DNA from: Mycobacterium leprae TN | GTDB taxonomy: Bacteria; Actinomycetota; Actinomycetes; Mycobacteriales; Mycobacteriaceae | Assembly (NCBI RefSeq): GCF_000195855.1 | Contig: NC_002677.1 | Coordinates: forward strand, 1-32,000 | Direction of reading: 5' to 3' | DNA: 32,000 nucleotides | Part shown: piece by piece, positions 1 to 12,530 of the stretch | Layout: each line of letters starts with the position of its first letter | Position numbering within the stretch: position 1 is the first letter of the stretch | The notes under the pieces: generated by a model | What the model was told of the DNA's origin: nothing | Databases searched by the model: none | The model's input: the letters and a program-made list of their open reading frames with translations, nothing else | Position numbers and translations under genes: made by a program

Positions 1-1566
1 ATGTTTGTACCGCACGCCAAAAAGCCCGAAATTTACGAGAACCAGAGAGATACGTCGTTGGCCGATGACCTTAGTCTAGGTTTCACCACGGTTTGGAACG
101 CAGTCGTCTCCGAACTCAACGGCGAATCCAACACAGACGACGAAGCCACCAACGACAGCACCCTAGTCACTCCGCTAACTCCTCAGCAAAGAGCATGGCT
201 AAATCTGGTTCAACCACTCACCATCATCGAGGGATTTGCTCTTTTATCGGTGCCCAGCAGCTTTGTCCAAAATGAAATTGAACGTCATCTACGAACGCCA
301 ATCACCGATGCACTCAGCCGTCGACTCGGACAACAGATACAGCTCGGAGTCCGTATCGCACCGCCCTCTACCGACCATATTGACGACAATTCCTCGTCAG
401 CCGACGTCCTTCTAACCGACGATTGCGGCACAGATACAGACGAAAATTACGGGGAGCCTCTTACAGGCGAGTACCAGGGTTTGCCAACCTACTTCACCGA
501 ACGTCCGCACCATACCGAATCAACCGTCACGGGAGGTACCAGCCTTAATCGCCGTTACACCTTCGAAACGTTCGTTATTGGCGCGTCGAATCGGTTCGCG
601 CATGCTGCCGCGCTAGCGATAGCCGAAGCACCGGCCCGAGCCTACAACCCCCTTTTCATTTGGGGCGAGTCAGGTCTTGGCAAAACCCACCTATTGCACG
701 CCGCCGGGAACTACGCACAACGACTGTTTCCCGGCATGCGGGTCAAATATGTCTCCACAGAAGAATTCACCAACGACTTCATCAACTCGCTCCGTGACGA
801 CCGCAAAGTAGCGTTCAAACGCAGCTACCGCGACGTCGATGTGCTACTGGTCGATGACATCCAATTCATCGAAGGAAAAGAAGGTATACAAGAAGAGTTC
901 TTCCATACCTTTAATACCTTACATAACGCCAACAAGCAAATCGTCATCTCTTCTGACCGCCCACCGAAACAACTCGCCACCCTCGAAGACCGACTAAGGA
1001 CCCGGTTCGAGTGGGGGCTTATTACCGACGTACAACCCCCTGAACTAGAAACCCGCATCGCCATCTTGCGTAAGAAAGCCCAGATGGAACGCCTAGCGGT
1101 GCCTGGCGATGTCCTCGAACTCATCGCCAGCAGTATCGAACGTAACATCCGTGAACTCGAGGGAGCTCTCATCAGAGTCACCGCGTTTGCTTCGCTCAAC
1201 AAGACTGCAATCGACAAAGCATTAGCGGAAATCGTACTGCGTGACCTGATCGCAGACGCCAGCACGATGCAAATCAGTGCGGCAACCATAATGACAGCCA
1301 CCGCCGAATACTTCGATACCACCATCGAAGAACTCCGTGGGCCAGGCAAAACCCGAGCACTGGCCCAGTCACGCCAGATCGCGATGTATTTGTGTCGTGA
1401 ACTCACCGACCTCTCGCTACCCAAGATCGGCCAAGCATTCGGCCGTGACCACACCACGGTTATGTACGCACAACGAAAAATCTTGTCCGAGATGGCTGAA
1501 CGTCGCGAAGTGTTCGACCACGTCAAGGAACTCACCACTCGCATCCGGCAACGGTCTAAGCGCTGA
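1..1566 (+). CDS. dnaA: Chromosomal replication initiator protein DnaA
   Basis: Full-length ORF. It has the N-terminal motif [18 protein letters not shown]+ Walker [12 protein letters not shown], Walker [10 protein letters not shown], and the C-terminal DnaA-box-binding HTH (RDHTTVMYA). The window starts on the ATG. An in-frame TTG at 58-60 ([14 protein letters not shown]) aligns better with the N-termini of other mycobacterial DnaA proteins as I recall them. Confidence 0.97.
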   Translation: MFVPHAKKPEIYENQRDTSLADDLSLGFTTVWNAVVSELNGESNTDDEATNDSTLVTPLTPQQRAWLNLVQPLTIIEGFALLSVPSSFVQNEIERHLRTPITDALSRRLGQQIQLGVRIAPPSTDHIDDNSSSADVLLTDDCGTDTDENYGEPLTGEYQGLPTYFTERPHHTESTVTGGTSLNRRYTFETFVIGASNRFAHAAALAIAEAPARAYNPLFIWGESGLGKTHLLHAAGNYAQRLFPGMRVKYVSTEEFTNDFINSLRDDRKVAFKRSYRDVDVLLVDDIQFIEGKEGIQEEFFHTFNTLHNANKQIVISSDRPPKQLATLEDRLRTRFEWGLITDVQPPELETRIAILRKKAQMERLAVPGDVLELIASSIERNIRELEGALIRVTAFASLNKTAIDKALAEIVLRDLIADASTMQISAATIMTATAEYFDTTIEELRGPGKTRALAQSRQIAMYLCRELTDLSLPKIGQAFGRDHTTVMYAQRKILSEMAERREVFDHVKELTTRIRQRSKR

Positions 1567-1651
1567 CTTTCGATGCGCAACACATACTTTCTCCAGAAAA
1601 ACTTCTTGCACTTAAGTCACATCAGTCACATTTCCAAAGTGTGTATATTTC

Positions 1652-1660
1652 TGTGGACAA
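1652..1660 (-). promoter_or_regulatory. DnaA box, perfect TTGTCCACA
   Basis: The + strand reads TGTGGACAA, the reverse complement of the mycobacterial-type DnaA box TTGTCCACA. Confidence 0.7.
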
Positions 1661-1710
1661 ACTAAGTATACTGACATGCAACAATCCTTGATTTCATGCA
1701 CACCCATAGT

Positions 1711-1813
1711 CGATCCACAACGGCGAATCGCAGATTCTTTATTATCAACACTGACATCCACACCTCAACAGCTCATCTAGCTCAACAAAATCCGGTTATC
1801 CACAAGATCCACA
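1711..1813 (+). promoter_or_regulatory. Cluster of four co-oriented DnaA-box-like 9-mers
   Basis: CGATCCACA 1711-1719, ACATCCACA 1754-1762, TTATCCACA 1796-1804 (identical to the E. coli consensus box) and AGATCCACA 1805-1813. The last two abut each other. Confidence 0.7.
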
Positions 1814-1816
1814 CCC

Positions 1817-1865
1817 TTTAATACTGATACTAAGATTTCTTCGTGTTCTTATTTAAAAAATGATG
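1817..1865. promoter_or_regulatory. AT-rich tract, candidate DNA unwinding element
   Basis: tttaatactgatactaagatttcttcgtgttcttatttaaaaaatgatg lies immediately after the DnaA-box cluster and is much more AT-rich than its surroundings. Confidence 0.45.
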
Positions 1866-2080
1866 CTGGGGATACAGCATGCCACGATGTGACGGCAACC
1901 TCAGCCGTCACCGTTGACGCTACTTTCAAGGTGGCACTCGAAGATCTACGTTTGCTCTTCGACTACTGTTAGGGACGTCGTGGTGCACTATGTGTCACCG
2001 ACGTTCGTTACAGTGGGCTCACGCTAGCGGGGGCGGAGGCTAGCCGTTGGATTTCAACGATTTTTAGGTGAAGGGGCGCC

Positions 2081-3280
2081 ATGGACCTGGCCAAAACCAA
2101 TGTTGGTTGCAGCGATTTAAAATTTTGTTTAGCACGTGAGTCGTTCGCCAGCGCGGTGTCATGGGTAGCGAAGTATCTCCCCACTAGACCAACGGTACCG
2201 GTGCTATCCGGCGTGCTGCTGACCGGTTCAGATAGCGGCCTAACGATCTCCGGATTCGATTACGAAGTTTCCGCAGAGGTGCAGGTTGCTGCCGAGATAG
2301 CTTCTTCTGGAAGCGTTTTGGTATCTGGGAGGTTGTTGTCAGATATTACTCGGGCGCTTCCGAACAAACCTGTTCACTTTTATGTGGACGGTAATCGGGT
2401 TGCATTGACTTGCGGAAGTGCGAGGTTCTCGTTGCCGACGATGGCGGTTGAAGACTACCCTACACTGCCTACTTTGCCGGATGAAACTGGCACGTTGCCA
2501 TCGGATGTGTTCGCTGAGGCGATAGGTCAGGTTGCTATTGCGGCCGGTCGTGACTATACCTTGCCCATGCTTACCGGGATCCGGATCGAGATCTCGGGTG
2601 ACACGGTAGTCTTGGCCGCCACCGATAGGTTCCGTTTGGCGGTCCGCGAGTTAAAATGGTCGGTGTTGTCATCGGATTTCGAGGCATCGGTGCTGGTGCC
2701 GGCCAAAACTTTGGTGGAAGTTGCTAAAGCCGGTACCGACGGCTCTGGTGTTTGTCTGTCATTGGGCGCTGGAGTCGGCGTTGGAAAAGATGGGCTTTTC
2801 GGCATTAGCGGTGGCGGGAAGCGCAGTACTACTCGACTTCTTGACGCTGAGTTTCCGAAATTCAGGCAGTTATTGCCGGCTGAGCACACCGCAGTGGCCA
2901 CCATCGACGTGGCTGAGTTGACCGAGGCGATCAAACTGGTGGCGTTGGTAGCTGACCGTGGCGCGCAAGTGCGCATGGAATTCGGTGACGGTATATTACG
3001 GCTTTCCGCCGGCGCCGATGATGTGGGCCGAGCCGAAGAAGATCTTGCTGTTGCTTTTACTGGTGAACCGTTGACTATAGCGTTTAACCCGAATTATCTG
3101 ACTGATGGACTTGCATCGGTGCATTCAGAGCGGGTGTCATTTGGTTTCACGACACCGAGTAAGCCAGCATTGCTGCGTCCAACGTCTAATGATGATGTCC
3201 ATCCGACGCATGATGGCCCCTTTCCCGCACTGCCAACTGACTATGTGTATTTACTGATGCCAGTTCGGTTGCCTGGATAA
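2081..3280 (+). CDS. dnaN: DNA polymerase III beta sliding clamp
   Basis: 399-aa ORF in the canonical position after oriC. The length fits the usual three-domain clamp, and the C-terminal end reads [12 protein letters not shown]. Confidence 0.96.
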   Translation: MDLAKTNVGCSDLKFCLARESFASAVSWVAKYLPTRPTVPVLSGVLLTGSDSGLTISGFDYEVSAEVQVAAEIASSGSVLVSGRLLSDITRALPNKPVHFYVDGNRVALTCGSARFSLPTMAVEDYPTLPTLPDETGTLPSDVFAEAIGQVAIAAGRDYTLPMLTGIRIEISGDTVVLAATDRFRLAVRELKWSVLSSDFEASVLVPAKTLVEVAKAGTDGSGVCLSLGAGVGVGKDGLFGISGGGKRSTTRLLDAEFPKFRQLLPAEHTAVATIDVAELTEAIKLVALVADRGAQVRMEFGDGILRLSAGADDVGRAEEDLAVAFTGEPLTIAFNPNYLTDGLASVHSERVSFGFTTPSKPALLRPTSNDDVHPTHDGPFPALPTDYVYLLMPVRLPG

Positions 3281-4438
3281 GTGTACGTCCGGCATTTTGG
3301 ACTGCGTGACTTTCGGTCCTGGGACCACGTTGACCTTGAGTTAAATCCAGGACGGACAGTGTTTTTCGGTCCCAATGGTAACGGTAAAACAAATCTGATT
3401 GAGGCACTATGGTATTCCACCACTTTAAGTTCGCATCGGGTGGGGACCGATATACCGTTAATCAGAGCGGGAACAATCCGAGCTATAGTTTCAACGATCG
3501 TGGTCAATGAAGGTAGGGAATGTGCGATTGATTTGGAGATTGCTGCGGGGCGGGCAAACAGGGCGCGATTGAATCGTTCACTTGTGCGCGGTATGCGTGA
3601 GGTAGTTGGGGTATTGCGAGCGGTGCTGTTTGCCCCCGAAGATTTAGCGTTAGTTTGCGGAGATCCTGCCAATCGGCGTCGTTACTTGGATGATTTGGCG
3701 ACTGTGCGTCAGCCGGTGATTGCTGCCGTGCGCGCAGACTACGACAAGGTGCTGCGGCAACGCACTGCATTACTGAAGTCTTTAGCAGCTGCGCGGTATC
3801 GAAGTGACCAAGGTGTACTGGACACACTTGATGTATGGGATACTCGATTGGCTGAACATGGCGCCGAATTGATGGCTGCGCGTATCGATTTGGTAAATCA
3901 GTTGGCGCCAGAAGTGGAAAAGGCGTATCAGTTGTTGGCACCGGGATCGCGCACTGCGTCGATCAGCTATCGTGCCAGTTTAGATATTGGAGGCATCGCA
4001 GGTGTTGGGAGCAGTGACCGTGCCTTACTGCAAGCCGATCTGTTAGCTGGATTGTCGACGCGTCGGAACGTTGAGTTGGAACGCGGCATATGCTTAGTCG
4101 GTCCGCATCGCGATGAACTCGAGTTGCGACTTGGCGACCAACCTGCGAAAGGCTTTGCCAGCCATGGGGAATCATGGTCGCTGGCGATAGCGTTGCGGTT
4201 GGCTGCCTATGAGTTGTTGCGTGCCGACGGTAACGAACCAGTATTGTTGCTTGACGACGTATTTGCCGAACTCGATGCTGCCCGTTGTAGAGCATTGGCG
4301 ACAGTGGCGGAATCAGCAGAGCAGGTATTGGTAACCTCTGCGGCGCAGGAGGATATTCCGGTGGGTTGGGATGCTAAGTGGGTGACTGTCGATTTGCGTG
4401 ACAGTGATTCGGGACGGGTATCGGTGGTGTATCCGTGA
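3281..4438 (+). CDS. recF: DNA replication and repair protein RecF
   Basis: GTG start directly abuts the dnaN stop. It has Walker [15 protein letters not shown], an SMC-like signature region and Walker [12 protein letters not shown]. Confidence 0.95.
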   Translation: MYVRHFGLRDFRSWDHVDLELNPGRTVFFGPNGNGKTNLIEALWYSTTLSSHRVGTDIPLIRAGTIRAIVSTIVVNEGRECAIDLEIAAGRANRARLNRSLVRGMREVVGVLRAVLFAPEDLALVCGDPANRRRYLDDLATVRQPVIAAVRADYDKVLRQRTALLKSLAAARYRSDQGVLDTLDVWDTRLAEHGAELMAARIDLVNQLAPEVEKAYQLLAPGSRTASISYRASLDIGGIAGVGSSDRALLQADLLAGLSTRRNVELERGICLVGPHRDELELRLGDQPAKGFASHGESWSLAIALRLAAYELLRADGNEPVLLLDDVFAELDAARCRALATVAESAEQVLVTSAAQEDIPVGWDAKWVTVDLRDSDSGRVSVVYP

Positions 4439-5004
4439 TTGAATCCAATGAGTCATATAGCTACGGTGGCGATACCATCGAACCACTAGGCACGTTATCG
4501 GGCTTCGATTTGGTTAGGCGCGCTCTTGAAGAAGCCCGTGCTGCAGCCTGTGCGCAGGGAAAAGATGCTGGTCGTGGACATGTGGTACCCCCAGTTCCGT
4601 TTCGTGTTACGGATCGACGTCGTAACTGGTCGGGTCCAGGGCCTGATGTCCGTGATCCGCAACCTCTCGGCAAGGTGGCACATGATCTGGCGAAAAAGCG
4701 CGGTTGGTCGGCGCAAGTTGCCGAGGGTAGGGTGTTTGGTCAATGGGCGTCGATGGTGGGCGGACAAATTGCCGACCATGCATTCCCTGTTGGACTCAAC
4801 AATGGTGTACTCAGCGTGACTGCCGAATCGACTGCTTGGGCTACCCAGCTGCGTATAATGCAGGCACAGTTGCTGGCCAAGATTGCTGCGGCCGTTGGTA
4901 ATGGTGTGGTGACTTCACTGAAAATTACAGGCCCGACCGCGCCATCATGGCGAAAGGGGCCGTGGCACATTGCTGGCAGAGGGCCACGCGACACCTACGG
5001 CTAG
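4435..5004 (+). CDS. DUF721-type protein (Rv0004-like) downstream of recF
   Basis: 189-aa ORF. Its GTG start overlaps the recF stop (GTGA). This position between recF and gyrB is conserved in actinobacteria. Confidence 0.85.
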   Translation: MIESNESYSYGGDTIEPLGTLSGFDLVRRALEEARAAACAQGKDAGRGHVVPPVPFRVTDRRRNWSGPGPDVRDPQPLGKVAHDLAKKRGWSAQVAEGRVFGQWASMVGGQIADHAFPVGLNNGVLSVTAESTAWATQLRIMQAQLLAKIAAAVGNGVVTSLKITGPTAPSWRKGPWHIAGRGPRDTYG

Positions 5005-5132
5005 CCGACACGCCGGTTCAGAGTTGTCAAGATGAAATGGACTTGTATCGTTAATACGAGGAGAAGGGGATGCTCCGTAAATAGAAATATCGCCTTTATG
5101 ACGTGATCAGGTAAGTAGAAACAGCCTTATAA

Positions 5133-7265
<2,133 letters not shown>

Positions 7266-7317
7266 TTAAATAAAACATTTTTCGACGTGCGATGCAAATG
7301 ATGCAAATGAGGAATAA

Positions 7318-10300
7318 ATGACTGATATCACGCTGCCACCAGGTGACGGTTCTATACAGCGGGTTGAGCCGGTCGACATTCAGCAGGAAATGCAGCGCAG
7401 CTATATTGATTACGCGATGAGTGTGATTGTGGGCCGGGCGTTGCCTGAAGTCCGCGATGGTCTCAAACCGGTACATCGTCGGGTCTTGTACGCGATGTTA
7501 GACTCCGGTTTCCGCCCGGACCGTAGCCACGCTAAGTCAGCACGGTCAGTCGCTGAGACGATGGGCAATTACCATCCGCACGGCGACGCATCGATTTATG
7601 ACACGTTAGTGCGCATGGCGCAGCCGTGGTCGCTGCGGTATCCCTTGGTTGATGGGCAAGGCAATTTCGGTTCGCCGGGTAATGACCCACCGGCAGCGAT
7701 GCGTTATTGTGTGTCAGGAAATTCCTTGGTGAGGTTGCTATTTGGGAAATCAATACGAATCGGTGATATCGTTACTGGAGCTCAGTTCAATTCGGACAAT
7801 CCGATCGACTTGAAGGTTCTTGATCGGCATGGTAATCCGGTTGTAGCCGATTATTTATTCCATTCAGGAGAGCACCAAACCTATACAGTGCGCACCACTG
7901 AAGGCTATGAGATCACCGGGACGTCGAACCATCCCTTGTTGTGTTTAGTGAATGTCGGCGGTATACCCACCTTGTTGTGGAAGCTGATTGGAGAAATTCG
8001 ATCAGGAGACTACGTTGTTTTACAGCGGATCCCACCAGTGGAATTTGGTCCGGCGGACTGGTATTCTACGATGGAAGCATTGTTATTCGGAGCCTTTATT
8101 AGTGGGGGCTTCGTTTTTCAGGACCATGCTGGATTTAACAGCCTTGACCGTGACTATTTCACCATGGTTGTTAATGCTTATGATACGGTTGTGGGTGGCC
8201 TGCGTTGCATATCTTCTCGAATCACCGTATCGGGGTCGACGCTACTCGAACTTGATGTTTATAACCTCATCGAGTTTAAGAAGACAAGACTTAGCGGTTT
8301 ATGCGGGCAACGGTCTGCGGACAAGTTGGTACCTGACTGGTTGTGGCACTCACCTTCCACCGTCAAACGAGCATTCCTTCAGGCATTGTTTGAAGGTGAA
8401 GGATTTTCTTCGATATTGTCGCGAAATATAATTGAGATTTCCTACTCGACACTTAGTGAGCGACTGGCCGCCGACGTCCAGCAGATGCTGCTTGAATTCG
8501 GAGTCGTGTCTGAGCGCTATTGCCATACTGTCAATGAGTACAAGGTTGTCATAGCTAACCGCGCTCAAGTAGAAATGTTTTTCACCCAAGTCGGTTTCGG
8601 TGTTACTAAACAAGCTAAGCTTATCCGGGACGTGGTATCTATGTCTCCATGCGTTGGCATGGATATCAACTGCGTACCAGGTTTGGCCACTTTCATTCGT
8701 AAGCATTGTGATAACCGCTGGGTCGAGGAAGACTCATTTAATCAGCATAATGTTGATTGCGTCCAACATTGGCACCATCATAGCGCGGAAATCGTCGGCC
8801 ACATCGCCGATCCCGATATTCGTGCCATCGTGACTGACCTTACTGATGGCCGGTTCTACTACGCGCGCGTCGCGTCCGTGACTGATACCGGTATTCAACC
8901 TGTGTTCAGTCTACATGTGGACACCGAGGATCATTCGTTTTTGACTAATGGATTCATCAGCCATAACACCGAGGCTCGGCTTACTCCATTGGCGATGGAA
9001 ATGTTGCGCGAGATCGACGAGGAGACAGTTGATTTCATATCTAACTACGATGGCCGGGTGCAGGAACCGATGGTGTTGCCTAGCCGTTTTCCCAACCTGT
9101 TGGCTAATGGTTCTGGCGGTATCGCGGTCGGCATGGCTACCAATATCCCGCCGCACAACCTGTATGAGCTCGCCGACGCTGTGTTTTGGTGCCTAGAGAA
9201 CCATGACGCTGACGAAGAGACGATGCTGGTCGCTGTTATGGAACGGGTCAAAGGTCCTGATTTCCCTACCGCCGGGTTGATTGTCGGTTCGCAAGGCATT
9301 GCCGATGCTTACAAGACTGGCCGTGGTTCCATTCGGATACGCGGAGTTGTTGAGGTTGAAGAAGATTCACGCGGAAGGACGTCATTGGTCATCACTGAGC
9401 TACCGTATCAGGTCAACCACGACAACTTCATCACTTCTATCGCTGAGCAAGTCCGCACTGGCCGGCTAGCCGGCATCTCCAATGTAGAAGACCAAGGCAG
9501 CGACCGGGTTGGTGTACGTATCGTCATCGAGATCAAGCGTGACGCGGTGGCCAAAGTGGTGCTCAATAACCTGTACAAGCATACTCAGCTGCAAACTAGT
9601 TTCGGAGCCAACATGTTGTCAATCGTTGACGGCGTGCCGCGCACTTTGCGGTTGGATCAGATGATTTGTTATTATGTCGAACATCAACTGGACGTCATTG
9701 TCCGGCGCACTACCTACCGATTGCGTAAAGCCAACGAGCGGGCTCATATTTTGCGTGGATTGGTCAAAGCGCTCGATGCGTTAGATGAGGTTATTACGTT
9801 GATTCGGGCATCGCAGACCGTGGATATTGCTCGTGTTGGGGTGGTCGAGTTACTCGATATCGACGACATTCAGGCTCAAGCTATCCTGGACATGCAGCTG
9901 CGGCGTTTGGCGGCTTTGGAGCGTCAACGCATTATTGATGATCTCGCTAAGATTGAGGTCGAGATCGCTGATCTGGGAGATATTCTGGCTAAGCCGGAGC
10001 GTCGGCGTGGTATCATTCGTAATGAACTGACTGAGATCGCAGAGAAGTACGGTGATGACCGTCGTACTCGGATAATAGCGGTTGATGGTGATGTCAACGA
10101 CGAGGATTTGATTGCTCGTGAAGAGGTCGTTGTCACGATAACTGAAACTGGATATGCTAAACGTACTAAAACTGACCTGTATCGCAGCCAGAAACGCGGC
10201 GGGAAAGGTGTTCAAGGCGCCGGTTTGAAGCAGGACGACATCGTCCGGCATTTCTTCGTGTGTTCAACTCACGATTGGATCCTGTTTTTCACCACCCAAG

Positions 10301-11067
10301 GCCGCGTATACCGGGCCAAGGCCTATGAATTGCCAGAGGCTTCTCGAACGGCACGCGGGCAACACGTGGCCAATTTGCTTGCATTCCAGCCTGAAGAGCG
10401 CATCGCTCAGGTAATTCAGATCCGTAGCTATGAAGACGCTCCATACTTGGTCCTTGCCACGCGCGCCGGTCTGGTTAAGAAGTCAAAGTTGACCGATTTT
10501 GACTCTAATCGTTCGGGTGGGATCGTGGCAATTAATTTACGTGACAACGATGAGTTGGTCGGTGCAGTGTTGTGCGCGGCCGACGGCGACTTGCTTCTGG
10601 TATCGGCTAACGGCCAGTCTATCCGGTTCTCAGCGACTGACGAGGCCTTGCGTCCGATGGGGCGGGCTACCTCTGGTGTGCAGGGCATGCGGTTTAACGC
10701 CGATGATCGACTGTTGTCGTTGAATGTGGTTCGCGAAGATACTTACCTGCTTGTCGCAACGTCTGGGGGTTACGCTAAACGCACCTCGATTGAGGAGTAC
10801 CCGATGCAGGGCCGTGGCGGAAAGGGTGTTCTAACGGTCATGTACGATCGTCGGCGCGGTAGCTTGGTTGGGGCCATCGTGGTTGATGAAGACAGCGAGT
10901 TGTACGCGATCACCTCAGGGGGTGGGGTAATTCGTACAACGGCACGCCAGGTTCGCCAGGCAGGACGCCAGACCAAGGGTGTTCGGTTGATGAACTTAGG
11001 TGAGGGCGACACGCTGTTAGCCATCGCACGTAATGCCGAAGAAAGCGCCGACGGCGGTGTCGGTTAA
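7318..11067 (+). CDS. gyrA: DNA gyrase subunit A precursor (intein-containing)
   Basis: 1249-aa ORF. The N-extein ends at the AAMRY active-site Tyr130. The C-extein resumes at TEARLTPLAMEML and continues through the GyrA core and the C-terminal beta-pinwheel repeats. GAGGA at 7309-7313 precedes the ATG. Confidence 0.96.
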   Translation: MTDITLPPGDGSIQRVEPVDIQQEMQRSYIDYAMSVIVGRALPEVRDGLKPVHRRVLYAMLDSGFRPDRSHAKSARSVAETMGNYHPHGDASIYDTLVRMAQPWSLRYPLVDGQGNFGSPGNDPPAAMRYCVSGNSLVRLLFGKSIRIGDIVTGAQFNSDNPIDLKVLDRHGNPVVADYLFHSGEHQTYTVRTTEGYEITGTSNHPLLCLVNVGGIPTLLWKLIGEIRSGDYVVLQRIPPVEFGPADWYSTMEALLFGAFISGGFVFQDHAGFNSLDRDYFTMVVNAYDTVVGGLRCISSRITVSGSTLLELDVYNLIEFKKTRLSGLCGQRSADKLVPDWLWHSPSTVKRAFLQALFEGEGFSSILSRNIIEISYSTLSERLAADVQQMLLEFGVVSERYCHTVNEYKVVIANRAQVEMFFTQVGFGVTKQAKLIRDVVSMSPCVGMDINCVPGLATFIRKHCDNRWVEEDSFNQHNVDCVQHWHHHSAEIVGHIADPDIRAIVTDLTDGRFYYARVASVTDTGIQPVFSLHVDTEDHSFLTNGFISHNTEARLTPLAMEMLREIDEETVDFISNYDGRVQEPMVLPSRFPNLLANGSGGIAVGMATNIPPHNLYELADAVFWCLENHDADEETMLVAVMERVKGPDFPTAGLIVGSQGIADAYKTGRGSIRIRGVVEVEEDSRGRTSLVITELPYQVNHDNFITSIAEQVRTGRLAGISNVEDQGSDRVGVRIVIEIKRDAVAKVVLNNLYKHTQLQTSFGANMLSIVDGVPRTLRLDQMICYYVEHQLDVIVRRTTYRLRKANERAHILRGLVKALDALDEVITLIRASQTVDIARVGVVELLDIDDIQAQAILDMQLRRLAALERQRIIDDLAKIEVEIADLGDILAKPERRRGIIRNELTEIAEKYGDDRRTRIIAVDGDVNDEDLIAREEVVVTITETGYAKRTKTDLYRSQKRGGKGVQGAGLKQDDIVRHFFVCSTHDWILFFTTQGRVYRAKAYELPEASRTARGQHVANLLAFQPEERIAQVIQIRSYEDAPYLVLATRAGLVKKSKLTDFDSNRSGGIVAINLRDNDELVGAVLCAADGDLLLVSANGQSIRFSATDEALRPMGRATSGVQGMRFNADDRLLSLNVVREDTYLLVATSGGYAKRTSIEEYPMQGRGGKGVLTVMYDRRRGSLVGAIVVDEDSELYAITSGGGVIRTTARQVRQAGRQTKGVRLMNLGEGDTLLAIARNAEESADGGVG
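7708..8967 (+). mobile_element. GyrA intein with LAGLIDADG homing-endonuclease domain
   Basis: 420 codons are inserted directly after Tyr130. The first residue is Cys (CVSGNSLV), the last two are His-Asn (FISHN), and the next extein residue is Thr. These are canonical class 1 splice junctions. Two LAGLIDADG-like blocks are present (LLFGAFISGGFVF and FLQALFEGEGFSS). The reading frame is uninterrupted. Confidence 0.92.
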
Positions 11068-11194
11068 AGTGATGATCTCAAGGAGTCGTGTACTTAGCTT
11101 TTTTGGTTCCGATAGCAATACTTCGCCCGACCGGACATGATTGTGACTGGCTACATACTCGGGCAGATTGATACACATGTTTTAAGGAGTCGGG

Positions 11195-12106
11195 GTGACG
11201 TCACCGAACGAATCGAGGGCCTTCAACGCGGCCGACGACCTGATTGGGGATGGTTCGGTCGAGCGTGCCGGTCTACATCGCGCAACGTCTGTACCGGGAG
11301 AGTCATCGGAGGGTCTCCAAAGGGGCCACAGCCCGGAACCCAACGATTCACCGCCCTGGCAGCGTGGGTCCGCCCGAGCTTCCCAGTCCGGTTATCGCCC
11401 GTCAGATCCGCTCACCACTACACGGCAGTCGAATCCAGCACCAGGTGCAAACGTCCGGTCGAACCGCTTTATCTCCGGCATGACTGCACCGGCGCTGAGC
11501 GGACAGCTGCCCAAGAAGAATAACTCAACACAGGCATTGGAACCTGTTCTGATGTCTAACGAGGTTCCATTCACTGAATCGTACGCTAGCGAGTTACCAG
11601 ATTTGTCCGGACCAGTCCAGAGGACCGTACCGTGCAAGCCCTCGCCCGATCGTGGTTCCAGCACACCGCGGATGGGACGTCTAGAGATTACCAAAGTGCG
11701 AGGAACCGGTGAAATCCGGTCCCAAATATCGCGCCGAAGCCATGGACCGGTTCGGGCTAGCATGCAGATCCGGCGGATTGATCCATGGAGCATGTTGAAG
11801 GTGTCCCTGTTGCTCTCGGTTGCGTTGTTCTTTGTCTGGATGATCGCGGTGGCGTTCCTATACTTATTGCTCGGCGGTATGGGGGTGTGGGCAAAGCTCA
11901 ACAGTAACGTTGGTGATCTTCTAAACAACACCGGCGGAAATAGCGGAGAACTTGTCTCCAACAGCACCATCTTCGGTTGTGCCGTCTTGGTCGGCTTAGT
12001 CAACATTGTGTTGATGACTACGATGGCCGCTATCGCTGCGTTTGTCTACAATTTGTCCTCCGATTTGGTCGGCGGTGTTGAAGTCACTCTCGCAGATTTA
12101 GATTAG
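11195..12106 (+). CDS. Conserved membrane protein (Rv0007-like)
   Basis: GTG start preceded by AAGGAG (11184-11189). The N-terminal half is Pro/Ser-rich and probably disordered. Two hydrophobic helices lie near the C-terminus ([26 protein letters not shown] and [27 protein letters not shown]). The gene is syntenic after gyrA. Confidence 0.85.
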   Translation: MTSPNESRAFNAADDLIGDGSVERAGLHRATSVPGESSEGLQRGHSPEPNDSPPWQRGSARASQSGYRPSDPLTTTRQSNPAPGANVRSNRFISGMTAPALSGQLPKKNNSTQALEPVLMSNEVPFTESYASELPDLSGPVQRTVPCKPSPDRGSSTPRMGRLEITKVRGTGEIRSQISRRSHGPVRASMQIRRIDPWSMLKVSLLLSVALFFVWMIAVAFLYLLLGGMGVWAKLNSNVGDLLNNTGGNSGELVSNSTIFGCAVLVGLVNIVLMTTMAAIAAFVYNLSSDLVGGVEVTLADLD

Positions 12107-12193
12107 GTTGTGGCGATGTTGTTTGAGGGTTCGTTTTTTGGGGTGAGGTTCTAATAACTGCGGTAATCTCGTTGCTCGGTTATACGCAAGTAA

Positions 12194-12267
12194 GGGCCTA
12201 TAGCTCAGGCGGTTAGAGCACTTCGCTGATAACGAAGAGGTCGGAGGTTCGAGTCCTCCTAGGCCCA
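12194..12267 (+). tRNA. ileT: tRNA-Ile (anticodon GAT)
   Basis: GGGCCTATAGCTCAGGCGGTTAGAGCACTTCGCTGATAACGAAGAGGTCGGAGGTTCGAGTCCTCCTAGGCCCA folds as a cloverleaf. The acceptor stem is GGGCCTA/TAGGCCC, the anticodon stem is CTTCG/CGAAG with loop CTGATAA, and the T loop is GGTTCGAGTCC. No CCA is encoded. Confidence 0.95.
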
Positions 12268-12403
12268 CAACTATGTGTACGTCAAGATGTTGTGTGAAAT
12301 TTGCGTTCTTGCTGGTCTCGGTCGCTGTGGTGGTAGTAGTGCAGTCACGACACGGCGTTGGAGTTTGGAACGTGGCGGCATTTGGCATACTCGATAATGA
12401 CGG

Positions 12404-12476
12404 GGGGCCTTAGCTCAGTCGGTAGAGCACTGCCTTTGCAAGGCAGATGTCAGGGGTTCGATTCCCCTAGGCTCCA
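12404..12476 (+). tRNA. alaT: tRNA-Ala (anticodon TGC)
   Basis: GGGGCCTTAGCTCAGTCGGTAGAGCACTGCCTTTGCAAGGCAGATGTCAGGGGTTCGATTCCCCTAGGCTCCA. It has the G3:U70 alanine identity pair, anticodon stem CTGCC/GGCAG with loop TTTGCAA, and T arm AGGGG-TTCGATT-CCCCT. Confidence 0.95.
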
Positions 12477-12509
12477 CAAACACAACCACAGCTAGACAGT
12501 GGTCTGCAA

Positions 12510-12530
12510 CTTCGGAATTTCCGAGGTTTT
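12510..12530 (+). terminator. Small hairpin plus T-run downstream of tRNA-Ala
   Basis: CTTCGG-aattt-CCGAGG is a 6-bp stem (one G:U pair) followed by TTTT, 34 nt after the tRNA end. Confidence 0.4.

Larger units (their letters stand above)
1567..2080. promoter_or_regulatory. oriC, dnaA-dnaN intergenic replication origin
   Basis: Non-coding 514 bp between dnaA and dnaN, the known oriC position in mycobacteria. It contains several TCCACA-core DnaA boxes and an AT-rich tract. Confidence 0.8.

Noticed and set aside
825-1583. 252-aa ORF antisense to dnaA
   Set aside because: It lies entirely within the well-supported dnaA frame on the opposite strand. Its Arg/Ser-rich composition is typical of a GC-rich shadow ORF.
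11137-12006. Alternative-frame and antisense ORFs (11137-11523 +, 11244-11483 +, 11392-12006 -) overlapping the Rv0007-like gene
   Set aside because: The 11195-12106 frame has an RBS, the conserved membrane C-terminus and the right synteny. The others are GC-rich shadows.
12098-12388. 96-aa ORF on the minus strand spanning tRNA-Ile
   Set aside because: It runs antisense straight through a canonical tRNA gene and has no protein-like features.
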